Positions 1 to 17,379 of a stretch of 64,000 nt of DNA are shown one piece after another. Made by a program: the position numbers and the translations under genes. Every line of letters starts with the position of its first letter. The stretch's first letter is position 1. The notes under the pieces are model-generated. The model worked only from the letters and a program-made list of their open reading frames with translations. It ran no database searches and had not been told where the DNA came from. Location of the stretch: assembly GCF_057098645.1 (NCBI RefSeq), contig NZ_CM169472.1; one strand, 5' to 3'.

Positions 1-243
1 GAACATGAGGGGTCCATTTAACAGATTCAACCAGGGGCAAGTATGGTAAAGCATCACGCCCCGCACAAGGAAGCGGTAGTCACTGCCCGATACGGACTTG
101 ACATAACTCAACTCATTCTCCTCGCTATCCTTTTACTCAAACTTTCAAATTAAAATATTCATCTTTCATTTTGCGATCAAAATAACACCTTTAAATCTTT
201 CAATCTGATTAGATTAGGTTGCCGTTTGGTAATAAAACAATAA

Positions 244-1781
<1,538 letters not shown>

Positions 1782-1791
1782 AGGCTGAAAC

Positions 1792-2946
<1,155 letters not shown>

Positions 2947-3051
2947 TCAACAGCGGAGATCCGTTAAGGATCTCCGTGAGACTAATAGAATGCCTGATGC
3001 GCTACGCTCATCAGGCATACAGGACTTCCGCCACTACATTAAGGAAAAGTT

Positions 3052-3411
3052 ATGGTATCCGCACTCATCACTGTCGCCGTTATCGCCTGGTGTGCGCAAC
3101 TGGCCTTAGGCGGCTGGCAAATTTCTCGTTTTAACCGTGCCTTCGACACACTATGCCAGCAAGGGCGGGTTGGCGTGGGCCGTTCCAGCGGGCTCTTTAA
3201 ACCGCGGGTCGTGGTCGCCATCGCCCTGGACGATCAGCAGCGCATCGCCGACACCTTGTTTATGAAAGGACTGACCGTCTTCGCCCGACCGCAAAAAATT
3301 CCCGCAATTACCGGTATGCATGCGGGTGATTTACAGCCCGATGTGATCTTTCCCCATGATCCACTATCACAGAATGCTCTATCATTGGCGCTTAAACTGA
3401 AACGTGGATAA
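3052..3411 (+). CDS. gutM: glucitol operon activator GutM
   Basis: 119-aa ORF with N-terminal hydrophobic segment, positioned between srlD and srlR. Confidence 0.85.
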   Translation: MVSALITVAVIAWCAQLALGGWQISRFNRAFDTLCQQGRVGVGRSSGLFKPRVVVAIALDDQQRIADTLFMKGLTVFARPQKIPAITGMHAGDLQPDVIFPHDPLSQNALSLALKLKRG

Positions 3412-3477
3412 TTTCGTTGTGAATGTTACTTGCTTGCGAAGTTATCATTTTGAAACCTAAATCAGGTAATCACGCCC

Positions 3478-4251
3478 ATGAAACCTCGTCAGCGTCAAGC
3501 CGCCATTCTGGAGTATCTGCAAAAGCAGGGAAAATGCTCGGTTGAAGAATTGGCGCAATATTTTGACACCACAGGCACAACCATTCGCAAAGATCTGGTC
3601 ATTCTGGAACATGCCGGAACCGTCATTCGTACTTATGGCGGAGTGGTGTTGAATAAAGAGGAATCCGATCCGCCTATCGATCATAAAACACTCATCAACA
3701 CCCACAAGAAAGAGCTGATAGCAGAAGCTGCCGTTGGTTTTATTCATGATGGCGATTCGATCATTCTTGATGCTGGCAGTACCGTTTTGCAGATGGTGCC
3801 TCTGCTCTCGCGCTTTAATAACATCACGGTGATGACCAACAGCCTGCATATCGTCAATGCGTTATCTGAACTGGATAATGAACAAACTATCCTGATGCCA
3901 GGCGGAACGTTTCGTAAAAAATCGGCCTCATTTCACGGGCAGCTGGCAGAGAATGCCTTCGAGCATTTCACCTTCGATAAATTGTTTATGGGCACCGACG
4001 GCATCGATCTCAATGCGGGCGTAACCACCTTCAACGAGGTTTATACCGTCAGTAAGGCAATGTGCAATGCCGCGCGCGAAGTGATTTTGATGGCGGACTC
4101 ATCAAAGTTTGGCCGTAAAAGCCCCAACGTAGTTTGCAGTCTTGAAAGCGTCGATAAGCTGATTACCGACGCAGATATCGATCCGGCGTTTCGTCAGGCG
4201 CTGGAAGAGAAAGGGATCGATGTGATCATAACCGGAGAGAGCAATGAGTGA
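3478..4251 (+). CDS. srlR: DeoR-family glucitol operon repressor
   Basis: 257-aa ORF; N-terminal HTH ([20 protein letters not shown]) and DeoR C-terminal sugar-phosphate binding domain. Confidence 0.9.
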   Translation: MKPRQRQAAILEYLQKQGKCSVEELAQYFDTTGTTIRKDLVILEHAGTVIRTYGGVVLNKEESDPPIDHKTLINTHKKELIAEAAVGFIHDGDSIILDAGSTVLQMVPLLSRFNNITVMTNSLHIVNALSELDNEQTILMPGGTFRKKSASFHGQLAENAFEHFTFDKLFMGTDGIDLNAGVTTFNEVYTVSKAMCNAAREVILMADSSKFGRKSPNVVCSLESVDKLITDADIDPAFRQALEEKGIDVIITGESNE

Positions 4252-5209
4252 AGCACTACTGAACGCGGGACGTCAGACGTTAATGCTGGAATTGCAGGAA
4301 GCAAGCCGTTTACCGGAACGTCTGGGCGATGATTTTGTTCGCGCCGCCAATATCATCCTGCACTGCGAAGGCAAAGTGGTGGTTTCGGGAATTGGCAAAT
4401 CGGGCCACATTGGTAAGAAAATCGCCGCAACGCTTGCCAGTACCGGCACACCGGCTTTTTTTGTCCATCCGGCAGAAGCGCTGCACGGCGATCTGGGGAT
4501 GATCGAAAGCCGCGATGTGATGCTGTTTATCTCTTACTCCGGTGGCGCGAAGGAACTGGATCTGATTATTCCGCGTCTGGAAGATAAATCTATCGCGCTG
4601 CTGGCGATGACCGGCAAACCGACGTCACCGCTGGGCCTGGCGGCGAAAGCGGTGCTGGATATCTCCGTAGAACGCGAAGCCTGCCCGATGCACCTTGCGC
4701 CGACCTCCAGCACCGTCAATACCCTGATGATGGGCGACGCACTAGCGATGGCAGTCATGCAGGCGCGCGGTTTTAATGAAGAAGATTTTGCCCGCTCCCA
4801 CCCAGCTGGGGCACTGGGCGCTCGCTTGCTGAATAAAGTGCATCATCTGATGCGTCGTGATGACGCTATCCCACAGGTAGCGTTAACCGCCAGCGTGATG
4901 GATGCGATGCTGGAACTCAGCCGCACCGGTCTGGGGCTGGTGGCGGTATGTGACGCTCAACAACAGGTACAAGGCGTCTTTACCGACGGCGATTTACGTC
5001 GCTGGCTGGTTGGCGGCGGCGCACTCACCACGCCAGTTAATGAAGCGATGACGACAGGCGGTACCACATTACAGGCACAAAGCCGCGCCATCGACGCCAA
5101 AGAGATCCTGATGAAGCGCAAAATCACTGCCGCACCGGTGGTAGATGAAAACGGCAAACTCGTCGGCGCAATTAACCTGCAGGATTTCTATCAGGCCGGG
5201 ATTATTTAA
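4244..5209 (+). CDS. gutQ: D-arabinose 5-phosphate isomerase (SIS + tandem CBS domains)
   Basis: 321-aa ORF; SIS motif [29 protein letters not shown]; overlaps srlR end by 8 nt. Confidence 0.9.
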   Translation: MSEALLNAGRQTLMLELQEASRLPERLGDDFVRAANIILHCEGKVVVSGIGKSGHIGKKIAATLASTGTPAFFVHPAEALHGDLGMIESRDVMLFISYSGGAKELDLIIPRLEDKSIALLAMTGKPTSPLGLAAKAVLDISVEREACPMHLAPTSSTVNTLMMGDALAMAVMQARGFNEEDFARSHPAGALGARLLNKVHHLMRRDDAIPQVALTASVMDAMLELSRTGLGLVAVCDAQQQVQGVFTDGDLRRWLVGGGALTTPVNEAMTTGGTTLQAQSRAIDAKEILMKRKITAAPVVDENGKLVGAINLQDFYQAGII

Positions 5210-6720
5210 TCCTTCAATCCCAGACGTTTCGCCAGCCGATGCAGGTTGGCGACGTCGGTTTCCAGCATCCGCGCGCAGGCAGCCCAGTTGTGATGATTTT
5301 GTGCCAGTGCCTGACGAATAGTTTCACGCTGGAACGCTTCTGTCGCTTCACGCAGGTTTTGCTTAACAACGGGCACCGCCGCCGCTTCTGGCGGCGGTAA
5401 CGTCACCTCAGGAAAAGCAAAATGTTGCGCCTCAAGAATCACTTCATCGCCGTTGCGGGTGGCTCTCGCCAGCACTACCGCCCGATGAATAGCATGTTCC
5501 AGTTCGCGCACGTTCCCCGGAAAACGATAGTGTTGCAGTAAATTTCGCGCTCCGGCACTTAATACCACGCGGGAGAGCCCCAGCCGCAAACGACACTGCT
5601 CGCAGAAATACCCCGCCAGCAGAATGACATCATCGCCCCGCTCACGCAGCGGCGGCACCGAAAGTGGAAACACGCTCAGGCGGTGGAACAAGTCAGCGCG
5701 AAATCGCCCTGCCAGCACCTCTTCGCGTAAATCGCGGTTAGTCGCCGCCAGCACGCGCACATCGACCCGCAAACTACGGTCATCGCCAACGCGCTGAATA
5801 TCGCCATACTGCAACACCCTCAGCAGCTTGGCCTGCAATGCCAACGACAACTCGCCGATCTCATCGAGAAACAGCGTGCCGTTATCCGCCATTTCAAACT
5901 TCCCACTGCGGTTACTGATAGCGCCAGTAAACGCTCCTTTCACATGCCCGAACAACTCACTTTCCGCCACACTTTCCGGCAGTGCGGCACAGTTGAGATA
6001 GACCAGCGGATTCACCGCCCGTGGCGAGGCCTCATGAATCGCTTTCGCCACCAGCTCCTTACCGGTTCCCGTCTCACCGCTGATCAGGACGTTGAGATCG
6101 GACGCCGCCACAATCTCAATCTCTTTTTTCAGTTGCGTCATGCCTGGCGACAGACCGATCATCTGCGTCTGTTTCACCGCTTCAAACGGCGTGGCATCGC
6201 CTGGCAACATATTCTGGCTTTCCAGTTGCTCAATCAGCAACGCATTGCTTAACGCTCCCGCCGCCAGCGCGGCAATCAGGCGTAACTCTTCGTCACTGAA
6301 AACATCGAACTGATCGGGCTGCATCCCGTCGAGCGTCAATGCGCCGATCAGGTTTTGCCCGGCAAACAATGGCAGACCAACGCAGGCGTGGACCTTCAGA
6401 CTCTCCTGTCCGGGAATCAAACCATCATAGGGATCGGGCAATTCGCTGTCTGCGGGAAAGCGCACCACATCACCCGCGCGGGCAATCGCTTCCAGCCGTG
6501 GATGACCTTCCAGCGCAAAGCGTCTACCGAGTACATCCTTCGCCAGCCCGTCGATGGCAAGCGGAATAAACTGCCGCGAGTCGTAACGTAGCAACGCAGA
6601 CGCATCGCACTCCAGCACCTGACGCAGCGTGGTGATCAGGCGCTGAAAACGATCCTGATGACCAATCCCACGCTGCAATTCGATGGCGATATTCGCCAGC
6701 ACATCAACGGAAAAACTCAT
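5206..6720 (-). CDS. norR: sigma54-dependent nitric-oxide-responsive transcriptional activator NorR
   Basis: ORF track gives 529 aa from 6795; start placed at internal Met (MSFSVDV...) giving 504 aa. GAF domain, AAA+ Walker [15 protein letters not shown] sigma54-contact motif, C-terminal HTH. Confidence 0.92.
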   Translation of the reverse strand: MSFSVDVLANIAIELQRGIGHQDRFQRLITTLRQVLECDASALLRYDSRQFIPLAIDGLAKDVLGRRFALEGHPRLEAIARAGDVVRFPADSELPDPYDGLIPGQESLKVHACVGLPLFAGQNLIGALTLDGMQPDQFDVFSDEELRLIAALAAGALSNALLIEQLESQNMLPGDATPFEAVKQTQMIGLSPGMTQLKKEIEIVAASDLNVLISGETGTGKELVAKAIHEASPRAVNPLVYLNCAALPESVAESELFGHVKGAFTGAISNRSGKFEMADNGTLFLDEIGELSLALQAKLLRVLQYGDIQRVGDDRSLRVDVRVLAATNRDLREEVLAGRFRADLFHRLSVFPLSVPPLRERGDDVILLAGYFCEQCRLRLGLSRVVLSAGARNLLQHYRFPGNVRELEHAIHRAVVLARATRNGDEVILEAQHFAFPEVTLPPPEAAAVPVVKQNLREATEAFQRETIRQALAQNHHNWAACARMLETDVANLHRLAKRLGLKD

Positions 6721-6732
6721 CTTTGCCTCACT

Positions 6733-6788
6733 GTCAATTTGACTATAGATATTGTCATATCGACCATTTGATTGATAGTCATTTTGAC
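6733..6788. promoter_or_regulatory. three GT-N7-AC inverted-repeat sites (NorR enhancer-like) in the norR-norV divergent region
   Basis: GTCAATTTGAC 6733-6743, GTCATATCGAC 6754-6764, GTCATTTTGAC 6778-6788, read directly from sequence; matches the known NorR binding-site architecture. Confidence 0.6.
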
Positions 6789-6843
6789 TACTCATTAATG
6801 AGCATAATTTTATTTATAGAGTAAAAACAATCAGATAAAAAAC

Positions 6844-6859
6844 TGGCATGCAATCTGCT
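6844..6859 (+). promoter_or_regulatory. candidate sigma54 (-24/-12) promoter for norVW
   Basis: TGGCATGcaatcTGCT with GG and GC at the canonical spacing, ~50 nt upstream of norV ATG. Confidence 0.55.
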
Positions 6860-6906
6860 ATTAGCAAGACATCTTTTTAGAACACGCTGAATAAATTGAG
6901 GTTGCT

Positions 6907-8346
6907 ATGTCTATTGTGGTGAAAAATAACATTCATTGGGTGGGTCAACGTGACTGGGAAGTGCGTGATTTTCACGGCACGGAATATAAAACGCTGCGCG
7001 GCAGCAGCTACAACAGCTACCTCATCCGCGAAGAAAAAAACGTGCTGATCGACACCGTCGACCATAAATTCAGCCGCGAATTTGTGCAGAACCTGCGTAA
7101 TGAAATCGATCTGGCGGATATCGATTACATCGTGATTAACCATGCAGAAGAGGACCACGCCGGGGCGCTGACCGAACTGATGGCACAAATTCCCGATACG
7201 CCGATCTACTGTACAGCCAACGCTATCGACTCGATAAATGGTCATCACCATCATCCGGAGTGGAATTTTAATGTGGTGAAAACTGGCGACACGCTGGATA
7301 TCGGCAACGGCAAACAGCTCATTTTTGTCGAAACACCAATGCTGCACTGGCCGGACAGCATGATGACTTACCTGACAGGCGACGCGGTGCTGTTCAGTAA
7401 CGATGCTTTCGGTCAGCACTACTGCGACGAGCATCTGTTCAACGATGAAGTGGATCAGACGGAGCTTTTCGAGCAGTGCCAGCGTTACTACGCCAATATC
7501 CTGACGCCGTTCAGCCGCCTGGTAACGCCGAAAATTACCGAGATCCTGGGCTTTAACTTACCAGTCGATATGATAGCGACCTCCCACGGCGTGGTCTGGC
7601 GCGATAACCCGACGCAAATTGTCGAGCTGTACCTGAAGTGGGCCGCTGATTATCAGGAAGACAGAATCACCATTTTCTACGACACCATGTCGAATAACAC
7701 CCGCATGATGGCTGACGCTATCGCCCAGGGGATTGCGGAAACCGACCCACGCGTGGCGGTGAAAATTTTCAACGTCGCCCGAAGCGATAAAAACGAAATC
7801 CTGACCAATGTCTTCCGCTCAAAAGGCGTGCTGGTCGGCACTTCGACGATGAATAACGTGATGATGCCGAAAATCGCCGGGCTGGTGGAGGAGATGACCG
7901 GATTACGCTTCCGTAACAAACGCGCCAGTGCTTTCGGCTCTCACGGCTGGAGCGGCGGTGCGGTGGATCGTCTTTCCACGCGCCTGCAGGATGCGGGTTT
8001 CGAAATGTCGCTTAGCCTGAAAGCGAAATGGCGACCAGACCAGGACGCTCTGGAGTTATGCCGTGAACACGGTCGCGAAATCGCCCGTCAGTGGGCGCTC
8101 GCGCCGCTGCCGCAGAGCACGGTGAATACGGTAGTTAAAGAAGAAACCTCTGCCACCACGACGGCTGACCTCGGCCCACGGATGCAGTGCAGCGTCTGCC
8201 AGTGGATTTACGATCCGGCAAAAGGCGAGCCAATGCAGGACGTTGCGCCAGGAACGCCGTGGAGTGAAGTCCCGGATAACTTCCTCTGCCCGGAATGCTC
8301 CCTCGGCAAAGACGTCTTTGAAGAACTGGCATCGGAGGCAAAATGA
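6907..8346 (+). CDS. norV: anaerobic nitric oxide reductase flavorubredoxin
   Basis: 479-aa ORF; metallo-beta-lactamase-like diiron region (HAEEDHAG), flavodoxin domain, C-terminal rubredoxin [10 protein letters not shown]...CPEC. Confidence 0.93.
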   Translation: MSIVVKNNIHWVGQRDWEVRDFHGTEYKTLRGSSYNSYLIREEKNVLIDTVDHKFSREFVQNLRNEIDLADIDYIVINHAEEDHAGALTELMAQIPDTPIYCTANAIDSINGHHHHPEWNFNVVKTGDTLDIGNGKQLIFVETPMLHWPDSMMTYLTGDAVLFSNDAFGQHYCDEHLFNDEVDQTELFEQCQRYYANILTPFSRLVTPKITEILGFNLPVDMIATSHGVVWRDNPTQIVELYLKWAADYQEDRITIFYDTMSNNTRMMADAIAQGIAETDPRVAVKIFNVARSDKNEILTNVFRSKGVLVGTSTMNNVMMPKIAGLVEEMTGLRFRNKRASAFGSHGWSGGAVDRLSTRLQDAGFEMSLSLKAKWRPDQDALELCREHGREIARQWALAPLPQSTVNTVVKEETSATTTADLGPRMQCSVCQWIYDPAKGEPMQDVAPGTPWSEVPDNFLCPECSLGKDVFEELASEAK

Positions 8347-9476
8347 GTAACGGCATTGTGATCATTGGTTCGGGCTTCGCCGCCCGCCAACTGGTGAAAA
8401 ATATTCGCAAACAGGACGCCACTATTCCATTAACCCTGATTGCCGCCGACAGCATAGATGAGTACAACAAACCTGACCTCAGCCATGTTATCAGTCAGGG
8501 GCAACGTGCCGACGACCTTACCCGCCAGACGGCGGGTGAATTTGCCGAGCAGTTTAATCTGCACCTGTTTCCGCACACCTGGGTGACGGATATCGATGCC
8601 GAAGCCCGTGTGGTGAAAAGCCAGAATAATCAGTGGCAATACGACAAGCTAGTACTGGCAACCGGTGCCAGTGCCTTTGTCCCGCCTGTGCCTGGGCGTG
8701 AGTTAATGCTGACGTTAAATAGTCAGCAAGAGTATCGCGCCTGTGAAACGCAACTGCGGGATGCCCGACGCGTGTTGATTGTTGGCGGTGGTTTGATTGG
8801 TAGCGAACTGGCGATGGATTTTTGTCGTGCAGGCAAAATGGTTACGCTAATCGACAACGCTGCCAGTATTCTGGCGTCGTTAATGCCACCGGAAGTAAGC
8901 AGTCGCTTGCAGCATCGGTTGACGGAGATGGGCGTTCATCTGCTGTTGAAATCTCAGTTGCAGGGGCTGGAAAAAACGGATTCTGGCATTCTGGCAACGC
9001 TGGACCACCAGCGCAGCATCGAAGTGGATGCGGTAATTGCCGCCACCGGACTGCGCCCGGAAACAGCCCTGGCACGACGCGCCGGGCTGACGATTAATCG
9101 CGGCGTTTGCGTCGATAGTTATCTGCAAACCAGTAATGCCGATATTTACGCGCTGGGCGATTGCGCGGAAATTAACGGTCAGGTATTGCCGTTCCTCCAG
9201 CCGATTCAACTTAGCGGGATGGTGCTGGCAAAAAATCTTCTCGGCAATAACACGCCGCTGAAACTACCGGCGATGCTGGTGAAAATCAAAACGCCGGAAT
9301 TACCGCTGCATCTGGCAGGCGAAACCCAGCGTCAGGATTTACGCTGGCAGATTAATACCGAACGCCAGGGAATGGTGGCGCGCGGCGTTGACGATGCTGA
9401 CCAGCTTCGCGCCTTTGTGGTAAGTGAGGATCGGATGAAAGAGGCATTTGGATTGTTGAAAACATTGCCGATGTAG
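8343..9476 (+). CDS. norW: NADH:flavorubredoxin oxidoreductase
   Basis: 377-aa ORF; N-terminal FAD-binding GxGxxA ([12 protein letters not shown]) and second dinucleotide fold ([14 protein letters not shown]); overlaps norV by 4 nt. Confidence 0.9.
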   Translation: MSNGIVIIGSGFAARQLVKNIRKQDATIPLTLIAADSIDEYNKPDLSHVISQGQRADDLTRQTAGEFAEQFNLHLFPHTWVTDIDAEARVVKSQNNQWQYDKLVLATGASAFVPPVPGRELMLTLNSQQEYRACETQLRDARRVLIVGGGLIGSELAMDFCRAGKMVTLIDNAASILASLMPPEVSSRLQHRLTEMGVHLLLKSQLQGLEKTDSGILATLDHQRSIEVDAVIAATGLRPETALARRAGLTINRGVCVDSYLQTSNADIYALGDCAEINGQVLPFLQPIQLSGMVLAKNLLGNNTPLKLPAMLVKIKTPELPLHLAGETQRQDLRWQINTERQGMVARGVDDADQLRAFVVSEDRMKEAFGLLKTLPM

Positions 9477-9498
9477 GTGGGCTACTGTGCCTAAAATG

Positions 9499-9580
<82 letters not shown>

Positions 9581-9603
9581 AGGGTGTCCAAATGCAACAC
9601 GTT

Positions 9604-11856
9604 TTATCCGTTCTGGACTTCACCCGCTAACCAACGCGCCGCAGCAATAACCCCCTGCCCCAGAGACAAACCGCCATCACCCGCCGGTAAACTCTGTGGA
9701 AAGAGCAATGTGAAATCAGCGAGATAATGCGCCAGACGTGCACGCAGCAAACGGTTATGAATAACCCCGCCGCTAAATACCAGCGTAGTGATACCGTGCA
9801 TCGTGGCCTGCTCACGCATCAACGCGGCAAAACCCTGCGCCAGCGCATCATGAAACGCCCACGCGCGTTGATTAACCGGAGCCTGCCAGTTCAGCCACTG
9901 CTGCCAGAAAGTGGCGAGATCCAGTTGATTGTCCACCAGCGGCATCGTCACCGGATGCGTCACTCCGTCGCATGAGGCTGCGAGCGCCTCCAGAGCACAA
10001 GCCGCTTCACCTTCATAACTTAACGAAGCTGGCGCACAGCCCAGTGCCGCCGCCACTGCATCGAACAAACGCCCACACGATGACGCCAGCGGCGCGTTAA
10101 TTCCACGCTCAATGGCCCGCGCCAGCACGCTCCAGTTTTGCTGTTGCACACTCGCTGTTTCGGGATAATTCTGCCACTCCGGCACAAAGCGCAGGCACTG
10201 CGCCAGCAGGTTTCGCCACGGCTGCTTCGCCGCCAAATCGCCACCAGCAAGCGCCACCGCAGGCAAGCCGCCCAGGTGCTGGCATTCGCGATAGTTCACC
10301 CGCAGGCACTCGCCGCCCCACAAAGCGCCGTTCTCCCCCATACCGATACCGTCGAGCGTCAAAGCAATGACATCACCGCCCTCCAGTGGCCAGTGATGTT
10401 CTGCCAGACACGCCGCCGCGTGGGCATGATGATGCAGCACCGTTTGCGTCGGCAGATTCATTTCACTCGCCCACTGGCTGGAGACATAGCCCGGATGTGC
10501 GTCATGCACAACGTATTGCGGGGTGAAATCGTAGATGTTTTGCATCAGGCGTAACGCTTCGCGCCACTGCATCTGGATGCCATCGTCACTTAAATCGCCC
10601 AGATGCTGGCTCAACACCGCTTGTTCACCGCGCACCAGGCAGAAGGTATTTTTCAGATCCGCGCCGAGACACAGCACAGGCGGAACATTTTTAAAGCCCG
10701 GAGGCAAAGCCAGCGCATCCGGCACATACCCCCGCGAACGGCGCAGCATTTCGCCGCTTTCGCGCACCACCGAATCATCCATCCGCTGCACGATGTCGCG
10801 GTTATGTATCAAGAATCCGTCGGCAATGCCCTGCAAATCCGCCAGCGCCTGTTCGTTGCTGATAGCCGGTGGTTTACCGCTCAGGTTGCCGGAGGTCATC
10901 ACCAGCGGGCATTGCAGTTCCTGTAACAGCAAATGCTGGAGCGGGTTCGCAGGCAACATCACCCCGACTTCGTTAAGGCCAGGGGCGATATCATCACAAA
11001 GCTCAGGTACGTATTTTTTATCCACCAGCACAATCGGCGCGGCGGGCGTGGTAAGCAACTGGCGCGCAGCGTCTGGTAAACCGTCAGCCACTGGCAACAT
11101 GACCGCCAGCGGTTTCGCCGGGCGATGTTTGCGCGCCCGCAGTGTCGCCACCGCGTTACTGTTACGTGCATCGCAGGCAAGATGAAATCCGCCAATCCCT
11201 TTGATGGCGACAATGTTGCCCATTTTTAACTGTGCGATAGCTGCCTGTAATGCCGCCTCTTGTTCTGCATGTTCACCATGACTTACCCATTCAAGATGCG
11301 GACCACACTCCGGGCAGGCCACCGGCTGGGCGTGGAAGCGGCGATCGAGCGGGTCGCGGTATTCTTTATCACAGGCCGGACACAGCGGAAACGCCGCCAT
11401 TACGGTAAACGGGCGGTCGTAAGGCATGGCGCGAATAATGGTGAAACGCGGACCACAGTGAGTACAGTTGATAAACGGATAACGATAACGCCGTTCGCCT
11501 GGGGTATTCATTTCGGCAAGGCAAGCAGGGCAAGTGGCGGCATCCGGGACAATTTGCGTATTCATGGTGCCGCCTGTGCTCTGGCGGATAGTGAACTCAG
11601 TGGGCAGTTGTGGCCAGATAAACGGCTCACGCTCGACGCTATCAATACGCGCCAGCGGCGGGCAGTGCTGATGCAATTGAACAAGAAACGTTTCCGGGTC
11701 TTCCAGCAGCCGGACTTCTACTCCATCGCCGTCATTACAGACATCGCCGTGAAGATTTAATTGCTGTGCCAGTTGCCAGACAAACGGACGAAAACCGACG
11801 CCCTGCACTTTGCCACGAATACGCAGTTGGACACCGCAAGATGTGTTTTTTGACAT
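9604..11856 (-). CDS. hypF: [NiFe]-hydrogenase maturation carbamoyltransferase HypF
   Basis: Start placed at [11 protein letters not shown] (750 aa; track gives 774 aa). Acylphosphatase domain, two CxxC-x18-CxxC zinc fingers (CPACLAEM...[15 protein letters not shown]...CPECGP), YrdC and Kae1-like domains. Confidence 0.93.
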   Translation of the reverse strand: MSKNTSCGVQLRIRGKVQGVGFRPFVWQLAQQLNLHGDVCNDGDGVEVRLLEDPETFLVQLHQHCPPLARIDSVEREPFIWPQLPTEFTIRQSTGGTMNTQIVPDAATCPACLAEMNTPGERRYRYPFINCTHCGPRFTIIRAMPYDRPFTVMAAFPLCPACDKEYRDPLDRRFHAQPVACPECGPHLEWVSHGEHAEQEAALQAAIAQLKMGNIVAIKGIGGFHLACDARNSNAVATLRARKHRPAKPLAVMLPVADGLPDAARQLLTTPAAPIVLVDKKYVPELCDDIAPGLNEVGVMLPANPLQHLLLQELQCPLVMTSGNLSGKPPAISNEQALADLQGIADGFLIHNRDIVQRMDDSVVRESGEMLRRSRGYVPDALALPPGFKNVPPVLCLGADLKNTFCLVRGEQAVLSQHLGDLSDDGIQMQWREALRLMQNIYDFTPQYVVHDAHPGYVSSQWASEMNLPTQTVLHHHAHAAACLAEHHWPLEGGDVIALTLDGIGMGENGALWGGECLRVNYRECQHLGGLPAVALAGGDLAAKQPWRNLLAQCLRFVPEWQNYPETASVQQQNWSVLARAIERGINAPLASSCGRLFDAVAAALGCAPASLSYEGEAACALEALAASCDGVTHPVTMPLVDNQLDLATFWQQWLNWQAPVNQRAWAFHDALAQGFAALMREQATMHGITTLVFSGGVIHNRLLRARLAHYLADFTLLFPQSLPAGDGGLSLGQGVIAAARWLAGEVQNG

Positions 11857-12008
11857 TGAGTTATTCCCGCCATCATGAATTGCGTAACCCGCCCAGCCGG
11901 ACACGACAGCGTCGCATCCGGTAGTCACAGGTCGGCGATACTGCCCGCTCCGTATTCTACGAATATTTCCGGGAATTCCTTTGATGCCAGAACAGTTCTG
12001 TAAGATTT

Positions 12009-12536
12009 TTAGAACATCAGCGCCGTGCGGCGACGTTTTTCTGCGCTCAGTTGTTCAAGTTTATTACGATCGACACAAATCAGCGCATGAGTCGGGCAAG
12101 CCGCCATACACGCCGGACCGTCTTCACGATGGTTGCACAGGTCGCATTTATTGGCTTCGGCTTTGTCAGCCCGTACATTCAGCCCTGCGCCGCTGTTGCG
12201 AATCACCGGACGTACCACCACTTCCATCGCGCCATACGGGCAAGCCACAACGCAGGTTTTGCAACCAATGCAACGTTCCTGCATCACATGAACAAACCCT
12301 TTATCACGGCTGATAGCACCATTCGGGCAGACGTTAGCGCACGGTGCATCTTCACACTGACGGCAAACTGTCGCCGTGGAAATGTTCACACCTTTAATGA
12401 CATGAATACGCGGTAAAAATGTTTCCGGGGTCAGCGATGCACAGTCCTGATTTTCCTGATGAGAAACCACGCACGCCACTTCACAGGTACGGCAACCAAT
12501 ACATTTACTCGCGTCAGCAATGATGAAACGGTTCAT
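12009..12536 (-). CDS. hydN: 4Fe-4S ferredoxin-type electron transfer protein
   Basis: 175 aa from MNRFIIAD; four CxxCxxCxxxCP clusters ([36 protein letters not shown]...CPTHA). Confidence 0.9.
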   Translation of the reverse strand: MNRFIIADASKCIGCRTCEVACVVSHQENQDCASLTPETFLPRIHVIKGVNISTATVCRQCEDAPCANVCPNGAISRDKGFVHVMQERCIGCKTCVVACPYGAMEVVVRPVIRNSGAGLNVRADKAEANKCDLCNHREDGPACMAACPTHALICVDRNKLEQLSAEKRRRTALMF

Positions 12537-12684
12537 CAAATTCTCCAGCAATGACAGTTAATGCGCCGATACACTCACAAATCATGCCAGTTTTTAATTC
12601 ACTGTTATTTAAGGAAATTAATTTCTGTAATGCAGGAAAAAAGATGTCATCGACACTAGTGACGATGACATGTGATGACAATGT

Positions 12685-13695
12685 TTATCGCGAAAGAGCA
12701 ATGAGTGAGTCGCGGCGGATCAGTTTTCCGCTGAAGGTTTTCGGCGGTGTGTAAGCGCCCCCATCGAGCATAAAAATCAGCCGTCCAATAATTTCCTGAA
12801 TCATCTCTGTTACCGGAATTTTTACGCTGGAGAGCGCCGGAACGGTGTAGGGGGCAATTGCGATATCATCGAATCCGATAACTGACACCTGCTCTGGCAC
12901 CGCTACGCCGCGCTCGTGTAACGCTTTCATCGCACCTATCGCCATATCGTCGTTACTGGCAACTAACGCGCTAAATTTAGCCCCACGTTCGAGCAACGTT
13001 TCTACCCCTTCGGCCCCGCTGGCGGGCGTCCATTTACCGTTAGCGATAAGTTTTTCATTGAGCGCAATACCATGCTGCACCAGCGCGTCTTTATACCCGG
13101 CAAGACGTTCAATGCTGGTGGGGGAATCCATCGAGCCGGTAAGGAAAGCAATCTCCTGATGCCCGGCGTTTATCAACTCTGCCACGGCGTTAAAGCTGGT
13201 CTGTTTATGATCGCACCAGACGCTATGGCTGCTATTTTTGCGCAGGCGGCGATTAAGCACCATTATCGGCTGACTGTGCGCGTCAATAATGTCATCGATC
13301 TCATCCACGCTTAAAAAACGCGGGTAAATCATAATGGCGTCGCAGCGCAAATCCAGCAGATACTGAATCGCCTGGCGCTCTTCTTCGGCGCTGTGTTTAC
13401 CATCTGCCAATAGCAACTGCCGCCCTTTCTCTTCCGCCATTCGCGCGGCATGAAAGAGTAATTCACTAAAATAAATGCCGTGGTAAAGCGTGTTGGTCAC
13501 TACCAGCCCCAGCGTCTGAGTACTCTTCGCCGACAGATTGCGCGCCAGCAAGTTTGGGCGGTAACCGCTCTCTTCTACCGCCTGAAACACGCGATCTTTA
13601 GTCTCCTGGCTGACGTAGCCATTACCTGAAAGCACGCGGGAAACGGTCGCTTTTGAAACCCCGGCGCGCTTCGCCACTTCCAGCATCGTCGTCAT
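12685..13695 (-). CDS. ascG: LacI-family repressor of the asc operon
   Basis: Start placed at MTTMLEVAKRAGVSKATVSRVL (336 aa; track 376 aa). N-terminal LacI HTH and periplasmic-binding-protein-like fold. Confidence 0.9.
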   Translation of the reverse strand: MTTMLEVAKRAGVSKATVSRVLSGNGYVSQETKDRVFQAVEESGYRPNLLARNLSAKSTQTLGLVVTNTLYHGIYFSELLFHAARMAEEKGRQLLLADGKHSAEEERQAIQYLLDLRCDAIMIYPRFLSVDEIDDIIDAHSQPIMVLNRRLRKNSSHSVWCDHKQTSFNAVAELINAGHQEIAFLTGSMDSPTSIERLAGYKDALVQHGIALNEKLIANGKWTPASGAEGVETLLERGAKFSALVASNDDMAIGAMKALHERGVAVPEQVSVIGFDDIAIAPYTVPALSSVKIPVTEMIQEIIGRLIFMLDGGAYTPPKTFSGKLIRRDSLIALSR

Positions 13696-13782
13696 CATTT
13701 TCATCCCTTTACACGCAATCAACGCAGTGTACTGCACCGTTTGCCGATTGTCCTTGCGCAATCGGTGGGAAAAAATATTCAG

Positions 13783-13797
13783 GTGACCGGTTTCACA
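13783..13797. promoter_or_regulatory. operator-like palindrome (GTGACCGGTTTCACA) in ascG-ascF divergent region
   Basis: Imperfect inverted repeat centred on CCGG, typical LacI-family operator shape. Confidence 0.5.
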
Positions 13798-13855
13798 AAT
13801 ATAAAAAATGAACAATTAACTCTCTTGCTTATTTGGTGACAACTATTCATGATTT

Positions 13856-13872
13856 TGTGAAACCGGTTTCTT
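13856..13872. promoter_or_regulatory. second operator-like palindrome (TGTGAAACCGGTTTCTT)
   Basis: Same AAACCGGTTT core as the first site, 73 bp away, upstream of ascF. Confidence 0.5.
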
Positions 13873-13955
13873 AATTCCGTTTCAGCATCGGCATTTTTCC
13901 GTCACGTCGACTGATAACAACTACATCTACCCTACTGATAACAGGATAAAATCCG

Positions 13956-16846
<2,891 letters not shown>

Positions 16847-16854
16847 GCAACCGT

Positions 16855-16934
16855 GCCGGATGCGGCGTGAACGCCTTATCCGGCCTACATGTCGCACGAA
16901 CTATGCAGGCCCGATAAGCACTGCGCATCGGGCA
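16855..16934. repeat. REP palindromic unit(s) downstream of ascB
   Basis: GCCGGATGCGGCGTGAACGCCTTATCCGGCCTAC followed by a degenerate second unit; explains artefact ORF 16704-16928. Confidence 0.75.
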
Positions 16935-16959
16935 ATCTGGAGTTTGGCATCAGTCAAAA

Positions 16960-17379
16960 TCAAAGAAACCATTCCGGCTTAACGCCAAATCGGGCTGAAA
17001 GTGCCTTAATGTGGGATATTGTCAGGGATCGTTGTCCAGACAAAATCTGACTGACCAGGGATTTAGAGCCGATTTCGTTCTTCAAATCCGCATAGGTCAG
17101 ATTATGTTGATCAATCAACGTGCGAAGTAACGCCACGCCAACCGGCATTGCCGCAACGGCTTTGTCGAACTCTGCAAACTTTTCGTTGTTGTTTTCATAC
17201 TCTGCAATGCGGCTCGCCAGAAAGTCGATAAGTGGATTGGTGTCATCTTCTTCAATCAAATATTCGACCAGTTCCAGTGCTTCACGATAATCATCTTCTG
17301 AGTCACTGCCTCCCAGAAAGGGGACTGCATTGACCAGTTCTCTTGTTGCTTTAACAGCGCGTGCAGCATTAGCAGTCAT
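16960..17379 (-). CDS. HigA-like antitoxin (HTH, XRE family)
   Basis: 139-aa ORF; C-terminal HTH (SKSLVSQILSGQRSLTISHIKALSARFGV); 4-nt overlap with upstream toxin ORF; toxin-first order typical of higBA. Confidence 0.75.
   Translation of the reverse strand: MTANAARAVKATRELVNAVPFLGGSDSEDDYREALELVEYLIEEDDTNPLIDFLASRIAEYENNNEKFAEFDKAVAAMPVGVALLRTLIDQHNLTYADLKNEIGSKSLVSQILSGQRSLTISHIKALSARFGVKPEWFL

Noticed and set aside
1-6. Possible 5' end of a divergently transcribed gene at the window edge
   Set aside because: The reverse complement of positions 1-6 is ATGTTC (Met-Phe), consistent with a divergent neighbour such as mltB, but two codons cannot support a feature.
5206-6795. Longer N-terminally extended ORF-track models (norR 529 aa, hypF 774 aa, ascG 376 aa, hycE 576 aa, fhlA 704 aa, surE 268 aa, cysH 295 aa, cas2 129 aa)
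   Set aside because: Extensions lack conserved sequence and run into upstream genes or repeats; internal Met starts give the expected N-termini and sizes.
6877-7434. 185-aa minus-strand ORF
   Set aside because: Antisense to norV.
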